A stretch of DNA of 63,175 nucleotides, counting the filler, from Chiloscyllium plagiosum (Eukaryota): assembly GCF_004010195.1 (NCBI RefSeq). It is 5 parts of one record of this genome, joined end to end, with 100 filler letters (N's around TTAATTAATTAA, not from the genome) between each part and the next. Parts side by side here need not be neighbours in the genome. Positions count along the whole stretch, not along the records: positions 31,981 to 46,563 come from NC_057710.1; 4 more parts are not named here. The stretch is one strand, 5' to 3'. This document shows positions 33,462-46,663 of the stretch, one piece after another. Each line of letters starts with the position of its first letter. The stretch's first letter is position 1. The notes below the pieces were generated by a model. That model saw only the letters and a program-made list of their open reading frames with translations, did not search any database and had not been told where the DNA came from. Position numbers and translations under genes: made by a program.

Positions 33462-34073
33462 GGTTTAGGCCACTGTTGGAATATTGAGTGCAATTCTGCT
33501 CTCCTTTCTATAGGAAAGATGTTGTGAAACTTGAAATGGTTCAGAAAAGATTTACAAAGATGTTGCCAGGGTTGGAGGAATTGAGCTATATGGAAAGGCT
33601 GAACAGGCTGGGGCTTTTTTCCCTGGAGTGTCGGAGGCTGAGGGCTGACCTTATAGAGGTTTACAAAATCATGAGGGATAGGATAAATAGACAAAGTCTT
33701 TTTTCCCTTGGGGGGTCCCTTGAGGGGGTGGGGGTCGGGGGGTGGGGGGGTTGGAGATGGTGGTGGTGTCCAGAACTAGAGGGCATAGAGTTTAGGATGA
33801 GAGGCGCAAGATATAAAAGAGACCTAAGGGGCCACTTTTTCACGCTGTGGGTGGTATGTGCATAGAATGAGCTGCCAGAGAATGTGGTGGAGGTTAGTAC
33901 AATTTCAACATTTAAAAGGCATCTGAATGGGTATATGAATAGGACGGGTTTGGAGGGATATGGGCCAGGTGCTGGCAGGTCGGACTAGATTGGGTTGGGA
34001 TATCTGGTTGGCATGGACGGGTGGACCGTAGGGTCTGTTTCCGTGCTGTACATCTCTATGACTCCATGACTCC
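33462..34073 (+). mobile_element. CR1 3' end with internal G-rich expansion
   Basis: ORF 33488..33865 with CR1 motifs; CTCTATGACTCCATGACTCC tail. Confidence 0.92.
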
Positions 34074-34664
34074 AAGTAGGAGTTTTAAGGCAAGATCAAT
34101 ATAAGTAAAAAAATTTAATTCCTTGTAAGGTTTATTGAGATTTAAATGATGCATTGCTTCATCAATACCTATGGAAATGTTTTAAGAAATATGAGTAATC
34201 TGTCACGATTATATCTGCTGTTTGCTGTACACTGTAGGGTGTTCGATCACAGACTTTATCTGTATTTAGTAGATGTTAATTCTGAGTGTTAACAATAAGT
34301 TGTAAATACATTTTATTACTCTAACAATTTACACAATAAAGTTTATATAGTTGCTTCAAAACTGCAGAATCTTCTGACGAGTCGATCATTGGATTCTCTG
34401 AATCTCAAACATTGTCTATTTTAAGTAAAAGTGCTACTGGTTCCTAGCCAGGTTATAATGTAAGTGCTAGACTGATATACTTTAATCTCTACCCACCATT
34501 CTTTTGAATGCTGAGCACCAAATCTCAACCAATATGTAAAAACATTTCTCCATTTATTACATTTGCTTTTTTTGCCATTCACTTAAATTTCTGCTTCTTG
34601 ATTGCCCACCTCAGAACCAGTGGAAACTGCTTCTCCTTATTTATTCCAGCTAAATACAAGGTAT

Positions 34665-34884
34665 TGAAATAACTCCACAAGGATTAGTATCCCATCACTA
34701 AGTCATCCATTAATTACATTGTGGAGAGTCCTCAACACTGATTCAGCTCCCAAAGTGAACAGGATGTCGGATACTTTTGATCTTTTCTGTCAGCCAGGAC
34801 TCCCTGATTGGACCAGAGTAACAGCTCCAATCAGGGTACCCATTTTATAAGGTCCAACCAGCTGACTTGGTGGCAATCTTTACA
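34665..34884 (-). mobile_element. Short solo-LTR-like element (~220 bp) inside old CR1 remains
   Basis: Minus strand reads TGTAAAG...TATTTCA and is collinear with the plus-strand copy at 48125-48352. Confidence 0.55.
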
Positions 34885-37554
34885 ATGGTTTTATCAACTG
34901 GATTCTTCGTCTTCTTTACTAAAAGAAGGACAAATCCAGCTTCACCAGGCTATTCAGAGAATTGCAGTACTTCATCTCCGGATGTGCAGATCACTTCTGT
35001 ACTCTGTCCAAAGACTTTACATCTTTACAAAAATGTAGTACGCAGTTTTGGGCATAATACTCTGGCTGAGCTCAAATTAGGTTTCTACACACTTACCATA
35101 ACTTCTCTGCACCTCCATTAATAAAACTAACATTCTGATGATATGCTTTGTCATGTTTCCTGCCATTTTAAAGGATTTGTGCACAAACACTTATTTTCAT
35201 CTTCTTTTAAAATGAAAACATTTAGCTCATGAGAGTTTCCTGCAATTCCAAGTATTGTCTCCTCTCTGTGTTTTGAAATTGTACCTGCATCTCAAGGTTC
35301 AAATTATTAATATATATTAAATGACTGTATTTCCTAGTACTGACATCCAAGGATCACCATGTTTGACTTTCCCAAAAAGTAAGATAAACAAGTCCTCGTT
35401 TTCCAACCCTTAGTCAATTTTATAGTTATGGTGCTAATGCCTCTGGTATAATTATACTCATAAGCCTGTTATGTAAGACATTATCAAATGTCTTTTAAAA
35501 CTCGTTATGCAAAATCAACAGCACTGCCCTAATTTACTGCAACAAAAATTTCAACACGGTTAACCACAGAATGAAGATGCAAGTTCACAACTATTGTTTA
35601 ATTCCACAATAAAGTTGCTGATTAATGGGAAACATTATTTATTTTGCTTTTCTAATAAATCGTGATGTCAGTAAAATATTTTTATGCTTAGTTATCCTCA
35701 ATAGAAAAAAGGAAAAAAAAGTAAAGCTGATGAATGAGGCTCATTCCTCCAAATGGAGGACCAGTATGATCTGGATGTTCATTTCCAACTATTACAAGTT
35801 ATAACTATTTTTCACCTCAGGGTGATTTCTACTGCATAAACTCCAAAATTGGGTCTATACTTTGAAAGTTTCAAGTAGTAGGATCTTCCTCTTTACTTAT
35901 GAACCATAAGTACAATTTATTCAAGTTTAGTGTCATTTGGAATCCTTGAAATTGTGCCCTGCACATCAAAGTCGAATCACAAATATAGATCAAGAAAAGT
36001 ATTGATCTCAATACCAAGTCTTGGGGATTTCCACTTTATATCTCTGCCCGTGTCCAAAAGAACCCAACTTTTCATAATAACTCTATCTTTTTATCTCTCA
36101 ACAATCCATATAACTCCTGTCCCTTTTATACCAATGACTTAAATTGGCTGACCACATCATCAAGGCCTTTTGGAAGTCCTTGTACATCACATTAATTGAA
36201 TTATTCTCAGAAGCCATCCCTGTTACCTCACCAATAAACGTACCCATGTTGGATTCTTTCATTTCCAATAAAACTCGCTCTCACACTTGCCATTCCCTTG
36301 ATATAGTATTCATCTCTACTTACTTAACTCTAAGGAATGTATATTTGAAAGAACTTGGTGGCCTGGCTGGATCATATAAAGCATCTTATCTGTTAGAACT
36401 GCTTTTTATTCCATGATAATTCTGAAATGAAAAAGAATTACCTGACGTCCTTTCCCTAATCCAATCACCTTCATAAACTCTCTCTGCCTCACTTTGCTGT
36501 TCCCTAGACTGTCACCTCCATTTTCAAGTGTGAGGAGTTTAAGGATTTTTGCCATTAAAGTTGACACCATCTAACTGGGTGCCTCTGTCACTTCCCTCCA
36601 TTGACCTTGCCCTGGTGCTAAAATTCCTCCAAAGCTCTCCTTACCTTGCCCTGAACTCACAACTCACTCTGCTTTCTTTTTTGTCTCCATTCATGCCCTC
36701 TCTGAGTTCATCCCATCCTAAATAAAAAAAATTCTAAGCTCCATAAAATTAGTTTTGAAATTAACTCCTGAAGTTTTATAACCTTTGAATGTGAAGAACA
36801 AGGGATAGACATAAAGGTCACCACCATAGAGAACATATTTCAACTTTGCATTCCAATAGGAGACTTCCCTATGAGAGTAAATATCAACAATTTGGACATG
36901 TTGGTTTTCAAACATATAATTCGTGGTTATAATATGATGTGCAAAATCGCCAATATGCTCCAGCATGCAGTCCCTGATGGAAATGATGTTGGAAAATTAC
37001 CTCGCATTTGTAAACAAATCACAACACTCTTATTTGAGTTTAATCTTCACCACAAAAATGAGAATATATCAGCAATTCATCAGATCTGAAAAATGATTTC
37101 TGGAACTGCAATCTTATAAGTATACAATTTTGTTGACCACTGCAAATTAAAGTCTCTTGAATGCATTTACTTTGGTACTGTAAATTTGACAATATACACA
37201 ACCAGTGCAAATTCAATAGATAGAAAATTGCTATATTTTGTGACTTATGTATATGTCATGGACCCTGACAAGGCACATCATGTGACATTCTATGAGACTT
37301 AAAAGATATTTCAAAGCTCTGGTAATGTGATCGATGGAATAATATTATGCCTTTAATCTTCTTTTTATTGCATTATTAGAGCTATTGATGTGTAATTTGA
37401 ATAGATTAAACAGATCTTTACTCACTTTAGAAAATCATTGTTGATGATTAGTTAAATAAGCGTGCTCAGAAATATCAGCTGTTCATATCAGCATATATCG
37501 CAAAACAGGATGCAATTGATTTTCAACGGCAAGGTTTTGTCTAACAATCTCTTA

Positions 37555-38245
37555 TTAGAACATAACATAAAAACAGCAAAATAGGAACAGTAGACCATTC
37601 AGCCCTTTATGTCCACTCCAATTCAATAAGATCAAGGTTGGTCTCCTACTTCATCATTAATAAACTAACCCAATATTCCTTGATGTTTTTGATATGTCAA
37701 AATTGATCGATTTCAGTCTTAACCATACACAAAATTGAGCTTTCACAGCTTTCTGGGACAAAGAATTTCAAAGATTTCCATATTTTCAGTGAAGAAATTC
37801 CTTTTCATGTTTGTCACAAATGACCTGTCCTATATTTTGAAACTGTGTCCCCAGTTCTAAATGCTACAAGAGAAGGAACATTCTTCCTGTACCTGCATTG
37901 TTGATCCTATTAAATGCGTTTGAATGAGATCATCTTTAATTCTTCCAAGATTATGGACTCAGTCTACTTAATCTCTTATCATTGCCAGGAATTCATTTTG
38001 GTGACCAATCACCTTATCAAGGGCAAGTAGATCCTTCCATAGGTAAGGAGCCCAAAACTGCATACAATACTCTTGGTGTATTCTTACCAAGGCTCTGTAC
38101 AATGGCAAAAGATATTTCTCTCCAATGCTCACAACCTCTTGAATTGATCATTATCTTATCAATTCCTAGCTGTGCTGTATGAGTCAGTAACTCATGAAAA
38201 GTAAGCCCAAGTCCCTTTGATGTTCAAAACTTCCCAGCCTCTCAC
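37555..38245 (-). mobile_element. Old CR1 3' region
   Basis: AGAACATAACATAA tail, GACCATTCAGCCC, AAAGAATTTCAAAGATT, and CCCAAAACTGCATACAATACTC (antisense of EYC.QFW). Confidence 0.75.
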
Positions 38246-39974
38246 CAGTTTGGATTTGTAGTTTTCCTACCAAAGTTCTCACATTTCTCTGCATTTTCTG
38301 CCTATGCATTTCGGCTCTCCAAATCACCCTGAAATGTAATTGTATTTTCACAAATGACATTCCCATTTACATTTGTCATATGATATTTATGTTATTGCTG
38401 AAAACAACTTTATCAAGTGCAGAATTTAAGCCTACCAGCATGTCAATGAACAGTTAGGAGTGGATGGTTGCATATTTGAACCAAAATTACTGCCTCCCCA
38501 AATAGTATAATGACTTTTTCAGCACTGTTACTGAAACAGTATCTGAAGGAAGTCTTAGAGTCATAGTTCTGAATTTTCTGATCAACATTTTTGGATTTAG
38601 TCATGTTCTGCCTGATTATAATAACAACACATATCTCAGGGTAACTCAGAAAGAGAATGCGTTGGTATTTATAAGCTCACAAATTGTTACTCTTATCCAA
38701 ACAATTACTTTATTAAAAGTCCAAGTTCTACTGTTTTGAAAACCATGGCTCAACATTTTTTTTAGACAGGAGAACAGACAAAATATGTTAAAAGGAAAGA
38801 AGCTGCTCCTGAAAAAAATGAAATCCAAAATAAACAGACAGACTGACAAGTTTAGTCACCAAGTAACGGAATATCAGGAAGCTGCTAGATCACTACCTGG
38901 CATTATACTAGATGAACACCAAGCCAGCAATGTAATTTAAACAGTAAGCAATGTGCTATACCCTGATAAGACAGGGTGACAGATGAACTCCACAATAATG
39001 AATGACAAAAACACAATGAAGAATGCCAGAGGAGCACCAGGCCCATGTTGAAACCATAGTAAGGTGACAGGCAGGAAGTACAGAGTATAATAAATGAACA
39101 AGGTAAAAGGTCCATGAGGGAATCAGGGCATGACTGAACAAACCACAATACGAGGACTACATTCAGCTTTCGCAGCTGAAGCCTTGTTGCCAGCCTCAGA
39201 TTCTCTCATGAATACCCAGACTTTGGCAGACAGGAGCGATAACTCAGAAGGGCGGAGACTATAATTATCTGTATGCGGTGCCAAATCTGTCAGCTCACAC
39301 ATGTACAGAGCAGACAGGAGAGAAAGTACATTTGAATTTCTTTAGATGTTCCCTTCCATGACTTCAGGAGGAGCATGAAAGCACGCCAGGCAGGGCTGAC
39401 CTCATGACGCAGAAGAGCCGTGAGTTGAACTTGAAATATTGGTGACAAACCTTCTACTAGTCTGGTGTCTTCAGAAACATTACGTTTCTGACAGGTCCAG
39501 AAATACTGATAGTTTCTTTAAATCGATTCTACTGGGTACCTCCAAGCCTCTACTGAAGACGTCACACCAACCGGATAGCCAAGAAAACATCTGAATCATG
39601 CTTCTTGTCTACACAGCATGAGAAAGAAAAGCTATCAATGCAAACTCCAATCTTGCACAGTGTACAGGTGTCCATCTCATTGCAAAATATGACAATCAAT
39701 CATGCCTTTGCTCCAAACTTACCAAGATATCCAAATTCTTACCTCAGCTGCAACTTACTGAGTATCCTCGACCACACAACAGCGTTGTCTGGCCACAGAT
39801 TTTACCATGCCTGTGAAAACACTGTTCCTGATAAACTGAATGTGATTTCCCAAAGTGTACAAGAGCAATAGTTCCAGATATCAACACTGTCTTGAAGTGT
39901 GGCCCATTGCCTAAGGAGCGTGACAGCAATAATTCAGTGCTGGAGGTTGCTGTCGATATTTCCAATTGATAATC

Positions 39975-40470
39975 ACAGATTCACAGACTGTTTACCTGGA
40001 CAGATGGAGACTATTTAGCCCATCTTGTCTTTACTGGCTTTTCGAAGAAATAATTTTCCCTGACCCCTTCCATGTATCTTTTACAAAATAAGTTCCCACT
40101 TTAGTGCTTCAATTTAATCAGTCTCAAGCATGATCCCAGGCAGTGTATACCATACCATAACTACTCACTGCATGAAAGACAATTTATTCCTATCACTATT
40201 CCTCCTTTTGCTAATTTTTAAAATCTATGCCCTCAGTTCTCAAGCCTTGTGCCAGGAGGAGTGTTTCCTCCCTATCCACTTTGTCGATATCTTTATGATT
40301 TTTAAAACCTCAATTAGACCTCATTCAAATCTTCCCCTCATTGTGGAAAATAGCCCAGTTCTCCAATTTATCTGTACAATCAAGTTCTTCATCCATGGAA
40401 CTATTCTCAAAAATCTGTTCTGCTTTCTCTCTCATGCCTTTATATCCTTCCTCAAGTGTGGCATTCAGAA
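39975..40470 (-). mobile_element. Old CR1 3' region
   Basis: ATCACAGATTCACAGA tail, TTTATGATTTTTAAAACCTCAAT (antisense of IEVLKIIK), and ends at GTGTGGCATTCAGAAC. Confidence 0.7.
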
Positions 40471-40699
40471 CAGATGGAGGTCATTGAATCCTTCTTGCCT
40501 GTCCTAGTTCTTTGGGGATCATTGAAGAGGAGGCAGTGACCTATCAATATTACCGTTGGTTTATTAGCCCAGAGACCCAGATCAAATTTGGCACTGGAAC
40601 ATGATGACGTTTCATGAGCTGTTCCCAGCAGATCTCATTCTTACATATCTTACAATTGTTCTGCTCTCCAAAACCTCAATTATAAGTCTATCAGAGTTA

Positions 40700-43600
40700 G
40701 AAACAATGCTCTATTAAATCTATTTTCAGGTTTGAAGATTCTCCAACCGATGAGGCCTGACCAGGATGGAAATAAGATCTGACCCCAGGATGACCCAACA
40801 TTGAGGAAGTCTAACCATGCCGTCTACAAAACTCCCTGGAGCATTCATGAATGTGACTACTGCCCTTTGGACATGCCCTTCTAACTTGCCAGTGCTGGAC
40901 CCAGAAGCCCCTCACAGTCCTGACTTCCCTAATCTTGTGGAAATCTAGAACCGACATCTAACCACCACGGGATCAATACCTAACCCCACAGTGAGCAGAC
41001 ATTGAGAAGGCTGAACTGATCACAAGACCCCATCGGTACGCTCAAGGCTGTGGGTAGTGCTCAGCACCACATTGGGAGGATACATTCAGAACAGTAAACC
41101 TCCCTCACCAATGCCTGGGATCGAATAGGAGCAGCTACCTAGCCAGGAAATGTGGGAGACTTCCTGGACATAAGGTGAGACTAAAACTACCCTCCCAGGC
41201 ATACTCTTGGCAAATGTTAAAGCCATTGAAAACAAGATGGGTGACCTCAGTAAGATTTACCTTCCGAAGGGAATTGAGAGATTGCTGGTCACCCAATGGA
41301 CCAAACAGTGTCCTCGGGGCTAGCAAGGGGCAGTGGGGTTTGCTTCCTGACCAACACATCCTTGTTCCAGACATGGCAACTCTGTATATTTGCTGCTCCT
41401 TGGCCCGAGAATATTTAGCAGTGAAATGTCGTCCCTATTATCTGCTGCAAGAGTTCACCTCTGCTACCCTGAAATTGGTCCACATCCCACCCAAAGTGGA
41501 AGTGAAGAGTGCACTTGATGAAGTGTACAATGCTACAAACTGTCTTGAGACAGAATATCCTGAGGCCTTGCTCATTGTCGCTGGTGACTTCAACCAGGCC
41601 AAACTCAAGAACGTGCTACCAAAATACCGTCAACACATCTCCTGTCCCACCAGATATCCAAACATCCTCGACCATTCCTACACAACCACCAAAGATGCCT
41701 ACTGCTCTACCTACACCAACACCACCCCCCGCCATCCATATTTTGGAAAATCAGATCAGAACGTAGTGCTCCTCCTCCCGGCTCACAAGCAGAAATTGAA
41801 GCATGGGAACCTATTAAAGGAAGTAGTGCAATGCTGGTCTGAGGCAGCAGAAGGGCTTCAATGGGACTGCTCAGTGCTGGTGAACTGGGCTATATTCAAA
41901 AATTCAGCAGCCACCCTGTACAAGTATGCATTACTGTTTCAGAGTCCAATAGTAAGTGTGTAGAAGACTGCACACCAAAGAAAGGAATCTAAATGTTACC
42001 TGGATGAACCAGGAGATCCACTCCTGCCGAACGTCCAGGTCTGAGGTGTTCAAGTTGGGCAACCATGACCTGTACAGGAAACCCAGGTGCGCCCTTTATA
42101 AGGCCATCAGAGATGCCAAGAGACAATAACAAAATAAGCTTGAGGCCCAGACACAGCACATGGACACGTGTCGTTTGTGGTCAGGCTTACACAACGTAAT
42201 GGCCAAAAAGCGAAGTTGAGCAGAATTGTGGGTGACAATATATTCCTACCCGAGGAGCTCAATGCATTCAAGGCCTGTTTTGAGCAGAAGGTTAATGAAA
42301 TGATGTAATCTATCCCAAAAGCCTTGGATGAGTCTATACCCATGGTCACCACTGTGGATGTTCGATCAGCCTTCTTGAGAGTGAACTCACGGAAAGTGAC
42401 TGACCCTGATGGAGTCTCCGGCCATGCACTCAGATCCTGTGTGGACCAGCTGACTGGAGTAATCACAAACATCTTTAACCTCTTCTTACTTTGATCTGAA
42501 GTCCCCACCTGCTTCAAGAAGATCACCATCATCACCAATCCCAAAGAAAAACCATGCAGCTTGCCTCAATGACTATTGCCCAGTGGCCCTGAGCTCCACA
42601 ATTATGAAGTGCTTTGAAAGGTTGTTCATGGCTCATGGCAACTCCAGCCTATCAGATTAGCTTGATCCTTTACAATTCACCTCCCTGTGTAACAGGTCCA
42701 CAGCAGACACCAGCTCCCTGGCACTTATCCTTGGAACATCTAGATAACAAGGATACCTACATCAGTCTCCTACTTATTGATGGGTAAAAACAATGACTGC
42801 AGATGCTGGAAACCAGATTCTGGATTAGTGGTGCTGGAAGCGCACAGCAGTTCAGACAGCATCCGATGAGCAGTAAAATCGACATTTCGGGCAAAAGCCC
42901 TTCATCAGGAAACTGACAGCTCCACCTTCAACACCATAATTCCAAAAAAACTCATCTCTAAACTCAGAGACGTAGGTTCCTCAACTTCCGAATTCATAGA
43001 CCCCAATCAGTAAGGATAGGCGACGGCCCCTCCTCCATGGTAATCCTCAAAACCAGTGCCCCACAAAGCTGTGTACTCAGCCCCCTATTGTACTCATTAG
43101 ACATTCACAACTGTGTGGCCAAATTCCACCCCAACTCCATTTACTAGTTTACTGATGACACCAACATTGTAGGTCATAACTCAAACAATGACAAGACAGA
43201 ATACAGGAAAGATATTGAGTGCTTAACAGCATGATGTAAAGACAAGAATCTCTCCATCGACAGCAGCAAACTGAGGAAGCTGGTCATTGACTTCAGGAAG
43301 CAGAGTGGAGGGCATACCCCTGTCTGCATCAGTGGAGTTGAAGTGGTGATGGGTTGAGATGGTCAATTTCTATCCATGTCCATCCCGATGGATGCAACAG
43401 TCAAGAAAGCACAACAATGTCTCTACTTGCTCATGAAGTTAAGGAAATTCAGCATGTTCACAAAGACTCTTGCCCATTTATATAGATGTGCCATAGAAAA
43501 CATCCTATCTGGATGCATCACAGTGTGATTTGTCAGCTGCTTTTCCCAAGGCCGCAGGAAGCTACAGAGAATCCGAAACACAGCCCAGTCCATCACACAA

Positions 43601-43973
43601 ATTAGCCTTCCATCAACTGACTCCATCCATGCTTCCTGCTGCATCGGGAAGGCAGCTAACATAGTTAAAGACCCATCCCACCTCGGTTATATTCTCTTCC
43701 ACCCTCTTCTGTTGGGTAGAAGATATAAGAGTTTGAATACACATACAAACAGAATCAAGAACAGCTTCTTCCCTGCTGTTATCAGACTTTTGAATGGACC
43801 TCTCAAACATCAGTATTGATCTTTCTCTCTGCACCTTCTCTATGGCCGTAACATTATATTTGGCGCTCTGTTCTACATGATACACTTTGTATGACAAAAT
43901 CTGCAAGTAGGGCACATAATATAATGTCTTTCACTGTATCTCAGTACATGTAACAATAGTAAATCAAATCAAA
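40700..43973 (+). mobile_element. Rex1/Babar-clade LINE, near full length, decayed
   Basis: APE motifs EYLAVKCRPYYL..EFTS, HIPP, VAGDFNQA, HPYFGKSD (ORF 41175..41963). RT motifs [28 protein letters not shown] and FTDDT. The 3' end is TTTCACTGTATCTCAGTACATG...(AAATC)n. The 5' boundary is approximate. Confidence 0.88.
42781..42911 (-). mobile_element. PLE family A terminal unit with hammerhead motif, inserted in the Rex1 RT
   Basis: Minus strand CTGATGA-AGGGCTTTTGCCC-GAAATGTC at 42881-42908. It splits the RT LID/SSTFNT motif. Confidence 0.88.
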
Positions 43974-44150
43974 AGAGGCTGGTACAATTCCAACATTTAA
44001 AAGGCATCTGGACAGTATACAGATAGGAAGGTGTTAGAGGGATATAGGCCAAATGCTGCCAAATGTGTCTAGATTAATTTAGAATATCTGGTCAGCATGA
44101 AATGTGTTGGACCAAAGGGTTTGTTTCTGTGTGGTTTATCTCTATGACTC
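43974..44150 (+). mobile_element. CR1 3' terminal fragment
   Basis: GAGGCTGGTACAATT..CATTTAAAAGGCATCTGGA...TCTATGACTC. Confidence 0.85.
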
Positions 44151-44159
44151 GTAATCAAA

Positions 44160-44570
44160 TTAGGTCATGTTCTTGGGCCATGGCAGATGGTGGAATTAGA
44201 GTTCAATGAATAGAACATAGAACATAGAGCATAGAACAATACAGCGCAGAACAGGACCTTCGGCCCTCAATGTTGTGCCGGCTTGTGAACTATTCTCAGC
44301 TTGTCCCCCTACACTATCCCATCATCATCCATGTGCTTATCTAAGGATTGTTTAAATCTCCCTAGTCAGGAATTAATAATCTAATGATGACCATGAATCC
44401 ATTGTTGATTGTTGGATAAAACCCATTGTTCACTAATGTCCTTTAAGGAAAGAAACTGTCATCCTTACCTGTTCTGGACCACATGTGACTTAAATGTTTT
44501 TGACTCTTAACTGCTGTCAGGGATGGTCAGCCAGCACTGCCCTCATCACATGAATGAATAAAAAAATTCC
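44160..44570 (+). mobile_element. SINE (same family as 19670-20015) interrupted by an antisense CR1 3' end (44210-44365)
   Basis: CCATGGCAGATGGTGGAATT head, GTCCTTTAAGGAAAGAAACTG core and CATGAATGAATAAAAAA tail. The insert begins with CATAGAA repeats like 1100-1160. Confidence 0.7.
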
Positions 44571-45304
44571 TCACTGCAACTCTCCAGCTGAGGCCAAATC
44601 AGTGTTTTCCACAAGTTTAACATAAATTCTTTACATTCTTTCAATATGTTCAAATAATGTTGTTTCCTTGCAGAGAAATCACATAAACATGACATGTTAA
44701 CAAGGCAAGTCAATATAGATTGCTCACAGACTGTTGAGAGCAGCACTCTCTTTGAAGAAATTAGAGGACACTGAAACACAGTGTAAAATGGTCCACATTC
44801 GCTGAGAGAAAAGACTCTAGAAGTCACCAATACAGCAGAGACATTGAGGCTGAACATTCTTCCGCTAAAGGAATCAAAGTACATAGGGAGAAATGGGGAA
44901 CAGCATGCTGGGTTGGATGATCAACCAAGATCATATTGAATGTTGGAACAGAGTCGAATGGCCTACTCCTGCTCCTCTTTCCTGTGTTTCTAAGGAAGAC
45001 AATCATCTTGCTCAATTCAAGTCAACAAGATATAGCTCTCCAAATGCAGCAGGTAGGAGTAATGAAAAGATAATCTGACGGCCTTGAATGTACATCACTT
45101 ACGATAAGAAAGTATTGGGTGTAAAGGGATGAAGTGACATCCCCCAGATGGTATATTGTGTGCAGAGAATAAAGCTATTATTATAAACTGATGAGGAAAA
45201 CAATGCTGAACCTCACACAGGCAAACAATCAAGGATTTGGATATTGTCTGAGGAAAGTAAAGGAAGTGCTCTTTTCCAAATGTAACTAATACAACCAAGA
45301 ATCA

Positions 45305-45760
45305 ATAGTGCTGTCATTGAGTGACCAAGACCCTTATTTTCTAAGTGAAGAATTCAGGCACTTCAGATAAATGATTGGAAAATGCAACACCATACATCAT
45401 CTGTACAATATGTCAGTCAAATGGAAAGGCTGAGGCAGCAGTGACAATTGCCAAAAGGATCATAAAGAAACAGGACAAATCCAGCACAGACTTGCACAAG
45501 GCAATCCTTGAGTGGAGAAACAAACATACTGAAGAAATGCAAAGTATTCTAGTCCAAAGACTAGTACAAGCCCACAGACAAACTGCTCTTCCAACAGAGA
45601 AACAAAAACAATTGAAGCCAGAAGTAATAACAACCAAGAGCAACAAAATCAGGGTGAAATGACAGAAGGCTAAATCATTGTCAGAGCTAATAACTGCTGA
45701 GCCAACGGGAATGAAAATTGAAAAATCAAATGCTTTTGGCAAAAGTCAGCCAATATGGCA
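45305..45760 (+). pseudogene. Ty3/Gypsy integrase remnant
   Basis: SDQDPYFLSEEFRHF, then QSNGKAEAAVTIAKRIIKK...DLHKAILEWRN (ORF 45375..45662): integrase D..E region. Confidence 0.8.
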
Positions 45761-45943
45761 ACTTTGAACCTCTGCTGAGGGTTTGTTAACTCAATCATCC
45801 ATGGTGAAGATGAGTAATCAGATATTTCATCAGAACCACAGCCATAATCAGACAACTGGAGAAGCTGATCTTTCACTGTAGGTGGCTGTTCAGGAAGATG
45901 TGATCTCACCGACTGCACAGAGTACAGAATGACCATTCATCCC

Positions 45944-45986
45944 AGAGAGAGAGAGAGATAGATAGATAGATAGATAGATAGATATA
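45944..45986. repeat. Compound (AG)n(ATAG)n microsatellite
   Basis: Seen directly. Confidence 0.95.
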
Positions 45987-46019
45987 GGAAGGGGGGGGAG
46001 GAGGGAATGTCTCAGATAC

Positions 46020-46563
46020 AGTCACATAGATGGGTTAACTCCAGGAAGGGTAAGAGAGGTAGGCAGCTAGAATATACCCATTTCAAACAGGTATGCTGTT
46101 TTGGAAAATGTAGAGGGTGATGGATTCTCAGGGGAAAGTAACATGAACAGCCAAGTTTCTGTTATTGAGACTGGCTCTGATGCAACGAGGGGCACGTTGG
46201 TTTCCAAGAGATCAAAATTGTGTTAGGGGATTCTATAGTCAGAGGTACAGAGGTACAGACAAACATTTCTGTGGCCAGCAGAGAAAAAGCAGAATGGTAT
46301 GTTGTTTCCCTGGTGCTAGGATCAAGGATGTCTCAGAGAGGGTGCAGAATGTTCTCACGGGGGAGAGGGGCCAGCAGGAGGTCATTGTACACATTGGAAC
46401 CAATGACATAGGAAGGGAGAAGGTTGAGATTCTGAAGGAAGATTACAGAGAGTTAGGCAAAAATTTAAAAAGGAGGTTATCAAGGGTAGTAATATCTGGA
46501 TTCCTCCCAGTGCTACGAGCTAGTGAGGGCAGGAATAGGAGGATAGAGCAGATGAATGCATGG
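46020..46563 (+). mobile_element. CR1 ORF1 esterase (SGNH) domain fragment
   Basis: Motifs PISNRYAVL, VLGDSIVRG, CCFPGARIKDV and VIVHIGTND. Frameshifted by a tandem duplication of AGAGGTAC. Confidence 0.9.
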
Positions 46564-46663
46564 NNNNNNNNNNNNNNNNNNNNNNNNNNNNNNNNNNNNN
46601 NNNNNNNTTAATTAATTAANNNNNNNNNNNNNNNNNNNNNNNNNNNNNNNNNNNNNNNNNNNN
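46564..46663. other. Artificial assembly spacer
   Basis: 44 N + TTAATTAATTAA + 44 N. Confidence 0.95.

Noticed and set aside
36718..37089. Overlapping short ORFs as a host exon
   Set aside because: No recognisable domain and no convincing paired splice sites; the length is expected by chance.
38903..39148. Hydrophobic minus-strand ORFs as a membrane-protein exon
   Set aside because: No family motif was recognised and neighbouring frames are closed. The region is retained only as a possible non-coding element.
41175..41963. 262-aa ORF as an intact endonuclease gene
   Set aside because: It is a Rex1/Babar APE region with a frameshifted N-terminus, and the downstream RT has many stops and an insertion.
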